This document shows, piece by piece, positions 59,637 to 64,000 of a stretch of DNA of 64,000 nt. The translations under genes and the position numbers were made by a program. The notes beneath the pieces were generated by a model. That model had not been told where the DNA came from. It worked only from the letters and a program-made list of their open reading frames with translations, and did no database searches. The stretch's first letter is position 1, and the number at the start of each line of letters is the position of its first letter. Source of the DNA: Gemmatimonadaceae bacterium (GTDB lineage Bacteria > Gemmatimonadota > Gemmatimonadetes > Gemmatimonadales > Gemmatimonadaceae); assembly GCA_051859245.1 (NCBI GenBank), contig JBHYGA010000004.1, positions 867,930 through 931,929 of the forward strand, written 5' to 3'.

Positions 59637-60971
59637 TCAGCGCGGTGCCGTGTAGACCACGGCACCGCGCTGCAGTACGAGTTGCACATTGCGAATCGCG
59701 GAAATCTGCGCACCCGGATTTCCCTGCACGAGCACCAGATCGGCAACGGCACCGGGCACCACGGTGCCGATCGTACGTTCAAGACCAAGCACGCGCGCCG
59801 CCGTTGACGTTGCCGCGGTGAGCGCCTGGACCGGCGTCATTCCGTACTCCACCAGAATCTCCAGTTCGCGCGCGTTGTCGCCGTGCGCAAACACGCCAAC
59901 ATCACTGCCGTTCGCGATGGTCACGCCAGCGTCGAGCGCGACGCGCAGTGACGCGCGCTTGGCCCGAACGCGTGCAGGCTCCGCCGTCACACCAGGTCGC
60001 CACCCTCCGTACTGCGCAATCGCGTGGCCGGCGGCCACCGTTGGCACCAACACCACGCCGCGCGCTTTCATCAGCGCAAATACTTCGGCGGTGCCGCCGT
60101 CGCCGTGCTCAATGGTTTGCACGCCGGCAAGTGTTGCGCGTCGCATGCCTTCTGCCGTTGAGGCGTGCGCAATCACGGGGCGTCCGCTCGAGTTCGCAAT
60201 CGCCACGGCCGCCTGCAACTCCTCAATCGTGAACGCCGGCGCCGCGGTGCCGTTCGGTCCCCAACGATAGTCGGCATACACCTTGATCACATCGGCGCCG
60301 CGTGCGATCTGTCCTCGCACCGCGGCCACCAACTCTGAGGTATTGCCCGCTTCTTCGGCCGCCACGGGCACACGCACTTCCGGCGCAAACCCGCGCGGTG
60401 CATAACTGCCGCGCATCACAATTGCCTGTTCAGCCACGATCAGTCGTGGTCCGCGGATCACGCCCTTCTCGAGTGCACTGCGCAACCCAACGTCGCCGCT
60501 TCCAGCGCCCTCGGTACCCAGATCACGCAGTGTGGTGAATCCGGCATCAAGCGTCCGCGACAGATGCACGGTCGCGCGCGCCACGCGTTCACCCCACGCT
60601 TCGCGCAGCACCTGATCGTCCCACGGCACCTCGTTGTACGGATGCAGTAAGACATGCGAGTGCAGATCAATCAGCCCGGGCATCAGCGTGGTGCCGGGCA
60701 GCTCAAGTACGCGTGCGTTTTCCGGTACCGTGAGCGTGGCGCGTGGCCCGATCGCCACCACTCGGCCGCTGTCAACCAGCACGGCCACGCCTTCACGTTG
60801 CGTCGTCCCGTCAAAGACACGATCCGGTACGAGCAGCAGCGGCACGGGACTTGTGGCACTCGGCACGGTTGATGCGGCCTGCGCACCAGCGGTTCTTGCG
60901 CTCAACGCGCCGAGTGACACGCCGCCGAGCAGCAACGCACTGACCGAAAGGGATAACAATGGTGTACGCAT
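59637..60971 (-). CDS. Exported metal-dependent amidohydrolase (Amidohydro_1)
   Basis: MPGLIDLHSH, GFTTLRDLG, IKVYAD, AHA, TIEHG, GSDVG. Confidence 0.9.
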   Translation of the reverse strand: MRTPLLSLSVSALLLGGVSLGALSARTAGAQAASTVPSATSPVPLLLVPDRVFDGTTQREGVAVLVDSGRVVAIGPRATLTVPENARVLELPGTTLMPGLIDLHSHVLLHPYNEVPWDDQVLREAWGERVARATVHLSRTLDAGFTTLRDLGTEGAGSGDVGLRSALEKGVIRGPRLIVAEQAIVMRGSYAPRGFAPEVRVPVAAEEAGNTSELVAAVRGQIARGADVIKVYADYRWGPNGTAAPAFTIEELQAAVAIANSSGRPVIAHASTAEGMRRATLAGVQTIEHGDGGTAEVFALMKARGVVLVPTVAAGHAIAQYGGWRPGVTAEPARVRAKRASLRVALDAGVTIANGSDVGVFAHGDNARELEILVEYGMTPVQALTAATSTAARVLGLERTIGTVVPGAVADLVLVQGNPGAQISAIRNVQLVLQRGAVVYTAPR

Positions 60972-61126
60972 GAGGGGCACAGTGAAGAGGAGCCAACGAC
61001 GCTGATCAAATGTGGCGCCGAAGAATGCGTACGGATACTGGACGCGCGTGGTCCCGGACGCCAGCTTCACTGTCTCTGCAATGGTTGTATTGGTGACGTT
61101 CACGAAGTCTGGAGGCCAGTCGTACC

Positions 61127-62005
61127 ATGTCGGATTCTCTTGCGGTTGAGACCTCATCTGCCGATCACGCGAAACCGCGTGATGAGGAAATTGATGTGTT
61201 CGGTCTCACCCACACCGGTTCGGTCCGCACGGAGAATCAGGATCATTTTCTGCTTGCGTCCATCAGCAAGCGCGTGAACGTATTGCAGACGAGTCTCAAC
61301 GAGCAGCAACGGTTGCCGTTGGCTGACGAACGTCTGGCATTTCTGGCCATGATCGCGGACGGTGTGGGCGGCGGCGTAGGTGGGGAGCGCGCCTCGGCCA
61401 CCGCGCTTGAGGTGGCCACGCAGTACTTCACCATGAGCACGGAGTGTTATTACCGCGCGTCCAGCAACGATGAAGAGTTCATTCACGTGTTGCAGGACGC
61501 CGCGCTGAAATCTCACGAAGCCGTGCTTGAGCGCGCGAAGCAGGAAGGGCATGGCCGCACCATGGCCACGACCCTCACGTTGTTCATGGGAGTCTGGCCC
61601 TGGTACTACCTGCTGCAGGTAGGCGACTCGCGCTACTACCTGTACCGCGAAGGGAAACTTCAGCAGGTCACGCGTGATCAGACGATGGCGCAGGATCTGG
61701 TAGACGAGGGTGTGTTTACACGTGCGATGGCAGAGAAGTCCCGGTACGCGCACGTGCTGTCGAGCGCCATTGGCGGACAGCATGCGTTGCCCGTGGTGAC
61801 CCGGCTGCCCAACGATTGGCAGAACGTGCATTTGCTTTGCAGCGACGGTCTCACCAAACACGTGAGCGATGATCAGATCCGGGATCGCCTGGCCACGATG
61901 ACCTCCGCCCAACAGGTGTGCGAGCAGTTGTTGCAGGACGCGCTGGATGGCGGCGGATCGGACAATGTGAGTATCATCGTGGGGCGCACGCTGCGTCAGC
62001 GCTGA
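61127..62005 (+). CDS. PP2C-family Ser/Thr protein phosphatase
   Basis: G.VR..NQD, IADGVGG, VGDSR, LCSDGLT, GGSDNVS. Confidence 0.93.
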   Translation: MSDSLAVETSSADHAKPRDEEIDVFGLTHTGSVRTENQDHFLLASISKRVNVLQTSLNEQQRLPLADERLAFLAMIADGVGGGVGGERASATALEVATQYFTMSTECYYRASSNDEEFIHVLQDAALKSHEAVLERAKQEGHGRTMATTLTLFMGVWPWYYLLQVGDSRYYLYREGKLQQVTRDQTMAQDLVDEGVFTRAMAEKSRYAHVLSSAIGGQHALPVVTRLPNDWQNVHLLCSDGLTKHVSDDQIRDRLATMTSAQQVCEQLLQDALDGGGSDNVSIIVGRTLRQR

Positions 62006-62079
62006 CGCGACCGCGAGACGCACATCCTGCGATGGGCACTCGTGTTACGGTCTCTCGCTTTGTCATCTGCCAGACGGTT

Positions 62080-63405
62080 ATGCCACTTTCGTTGACCTCA
62101 CTCGCTCGATCGACTGCAATGTGCGCTGCACTCTGCGCTGCAGTCCCGCTGTCAGCACAACCCACGCCCACCGCAGAGTTCGCGGGTCCATCGCCGTGGC
62201 CCGCGATCCGTCAGGAACGCATGCGCTCGCTGTTGCCCACTGCCATGCAGAAGGCCAACGTTGATGCGTGGATCGTCATTGTTCGCGAGAACGCAAACGA
62301 TCCACTCGCGCTGCACGTAGGCGGCGAAAATGCTGGCGCACCGTCGGCGATTCTGTTTTTGCGAAACGGCAACGCGGTACGGTCGTACATATTCGCTGGC
62401 TTCGGCGAAGTCATCGCCTTGCGTGAACTTGCGGTGCACGACTCGGTCGTCGCGTACACCGCAGAGTCTGGCGGTCCGCTTGGCGAAGTGGCCGCCCGGC
62501 TCAAATCGGCCAATCCCGCACGCATTGCGATCAACAGCGGAAATCTGGCGATGGCGGACGGTCTCTCCGCTTCGCAGCGCATTGCGCTTGAGCGTGCGAT
62601 TGGACCGGAGATGAGTGCGCGTCTTGTGTCGTCCGCCGAGCTGGTGAGCTATTGGCTTGATCGCAAGTTGCCGGCTGAAATCGAGATCATGCGAAAGGCC
62701 GCAGCGCTCACGGAGCAGCTTGAGCACGAAGCGTACGCCACGGTGATGCCAGGCAAAACGCGCGACAGTGATCTCGCGCAGTTTCTGAAAATGCGCATGC
62801 GTGAACTGGCGGTAGAAGATGGTTGGTCACCGGCGCAAAATCCGAGTGTGAATTCGGGGCCGGATCGTGGTCACTCGCACGCGTCGAATCGTGTGATTGA
62901 ATACGGGGATGTGATTCAGATTGATTTTGGCATCAAAGTGTTCGGCGTGTGGGGCACCGACATTCAGCGATTTGCCTATGTGCTGCGTCCTGGTGAATCG
63001 GTGCCGCCGCCGGATGTGCAGCGCAAATGGCTGGCCGCACGCCGTGGCGGTGAAGCGGCCTTTGCCATGATGCGTCCTGGTGTAACCGGCAGCGAAGTGG
63101 ATTCCGCGCAGCGCGTGGTCATGAATCGCGAAGGCTCGGCCAGCGTGCCGTGGGGCACGGGGCACTCTGTTGGGTATTGGGCGCACGATGTGGGGCCTTC
63201 GCTCAATCGCTTCAACAAGCGGCCGCTCGAAGTGGGACACGTGTTTGCGTTTGATGGATTTTTCGCGTGGACACTGCCCGGTGGCACGGGCAAATGGGGC
63301 GAAGGCAGCAAGACCATTTCCGTGGAAGAGATGGCCGTGATCACCGAACGCGGCGCCGAATATCTGGTGCCGCCGCAACAGGAACTGATTCTGATCCGAC
63401 GCTAA
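62080..63405 (+). CDS. Exported M24-family (Xaa-Pro) metallopeptidase
   Basis: Signal peptide; IDFG, TDIQR, GHSVG..HDVG, VEE. Confidence 0.85.
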   Translation: MPLSLTSLARSTAMCAALCAAVPLSAQPTPTAEFAGPSPWPAIRQERMRSLLPTAMQKANVDAWIVIVRENANDPLALHVGGENAGAPSAILFLRNGNAVRSYIFAGFGEVIALRELAVHDSVVAYTAESGGPLGEVAARLKSANPARIAINSGNLAMADGLSASQRIALERAIGPEMSARLVSSAELVSYWLDRKLPAEIEIMRKAAALTEQLEHEAYATVMPGKTRDSDLAQFLKMRMRELAVEDGWSPAQNPSVNSGPDRGHSHASNRVIEYGDVIQIDFGIKVFGVWGTDIQRFAYVLRPGESVPPPDVQRKWLAARRGGEAAFAMMRPGVTGSEVDSAQRVVMNREGSASVPWGTGHSVGYWAHDVGPSLNRFNKRPLEVGHVFAFDGFFAWTLPGGTGKWGEGSKTISVEEMAVITERGAEYLVPPQQELILIRR

Positions 63406-63409
63406 ACAA

Positions 63410-63446
63410 AATCGCGGCGTGTGCTGATCTGGCACACGCCGCGATT
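63410..63446. terminator. Probable bidirectional intrinsic terminator between convergent genes
   Basis: AATCGCGGCGTGTGC-tgatctg-GCACACGCCGCGATT, 15-bp stem, A-rich on the left and T-rich on the right. Confidence 0.75.
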
Positions 63447-63489
63447 CGTTTGTCGTTCACCAAGAGTTCATCACGCGCTCATCACGCGT

Positions 63490-64000
63490 TTACGGACGAC
63501 GTCTTGGATCGGCGAGTGAGCGATAGTACTCCTCAACGAGTGCGCGATATTCCGGCGGCACCGGCGCGCGTGCGCCAAGCGCCGGTCGATTGTCTGCTCC
63601 CAATCCGTAGCTGCGGAAGAGTGCGAACTCAAACGTTTTGAGTCCTTCAATCACATTCGCCTGCAGCTCGGCGAGTCCCTTTGGATCGCCGTTCAGCACG
63701 CGTCCACTCTCGAGCTGACGCAGATCTGAGATCGCGCGATCGAGTTCGCGCACATCGAGGCCTTGACCCGCGAGCTCACGCCGCAGCTCCTCGGCCGCCT
63801 GACGACGCAAGCGGAACTCGCCGCGCGCCTGTGATGCGTCGCCGCTGGGACGGCCGTCGTTGCGCGCCCCGTTCGGTGCGCCACCGATCGCCCCGTCACG
63901 ACCGCTTCGCGTGCCCGCGTCACCGCGTCCCTGGCCGCCCTGCTGGCCCTGCTGGCCCTGCTGGCCCTGCTGGCCCTGCTGGCCCTGCTGGCCCTGCTGG
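63490..64000 (-). CDS. C-terminal end of a large Gln/Gly-rich coiled-coil protein (DUF4175-like); start outside window
   Basis: Frame open from the window edge: (QQG)n...GEFRLRRQAAEELRREL...VPPEYRALVEEYYRSL. Confidence 0.8.
   Translation of the reverse strand, partial: QQGQQGQQGQQGQQGQQGQQGGQGRGDAGTRSGRDGAIGGAPNGARNDGRPSGDASQARGEFRLRRQAAEELRRELAGQGLDVRELDRAISDLRQLESGRVLNGDPKGLAELQANVIEGLKTFEFALFRSYGLGADNRPALGARAPVPPEYRALVEEYYRSLADPRRRP
63938..64000 (-). repeat. 9-bp tandem repeat (CCCTGCTGG), at least 7 copies, encoding QQG
   Basis: Seven perfect units up to the window end. Confidence 0.95.

Overview
GC-rich, gene-dense bacterial chromosomal window with about 58 CDSs. Gene content (many exported peptidases/amidohydrolases, orphan PAS hybrid kinases, Ser/Thr kinase, plant/chlamydial-type FabI) suggests Gemmatimonadota; this is inference, not a database result. 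I found no rRNA, tRNA, CRISPR array, integrase or transposase. Most notable: (1) an orphan protein fusing a degenerate ECF-sigma region-2-like domain, with no region 4, to a TM helix and FecR anti-sigma domains (27398-28690); (2) an apparently exported CbiX-like chelatase and an orphan HmuY-like lipoprotein, about 10 kb apart, that share a Fur-type 7-1-7 box (12/15 identical); (3) a sua5/tsaC gene broken by a single-base frameshift, with no canonical start at its expected N-terminus; (4) a Ser/Thr kinase fused to an uncharacterised membrane module; (5) a GGQ-less bacterial aeRF1-like protein; (6) a lipoprotein with three lamin-tail domains spaced exactly 372 bp apart; and several readable promoters/operators. 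All family calls come from motif recognition by eye; no searches were run.
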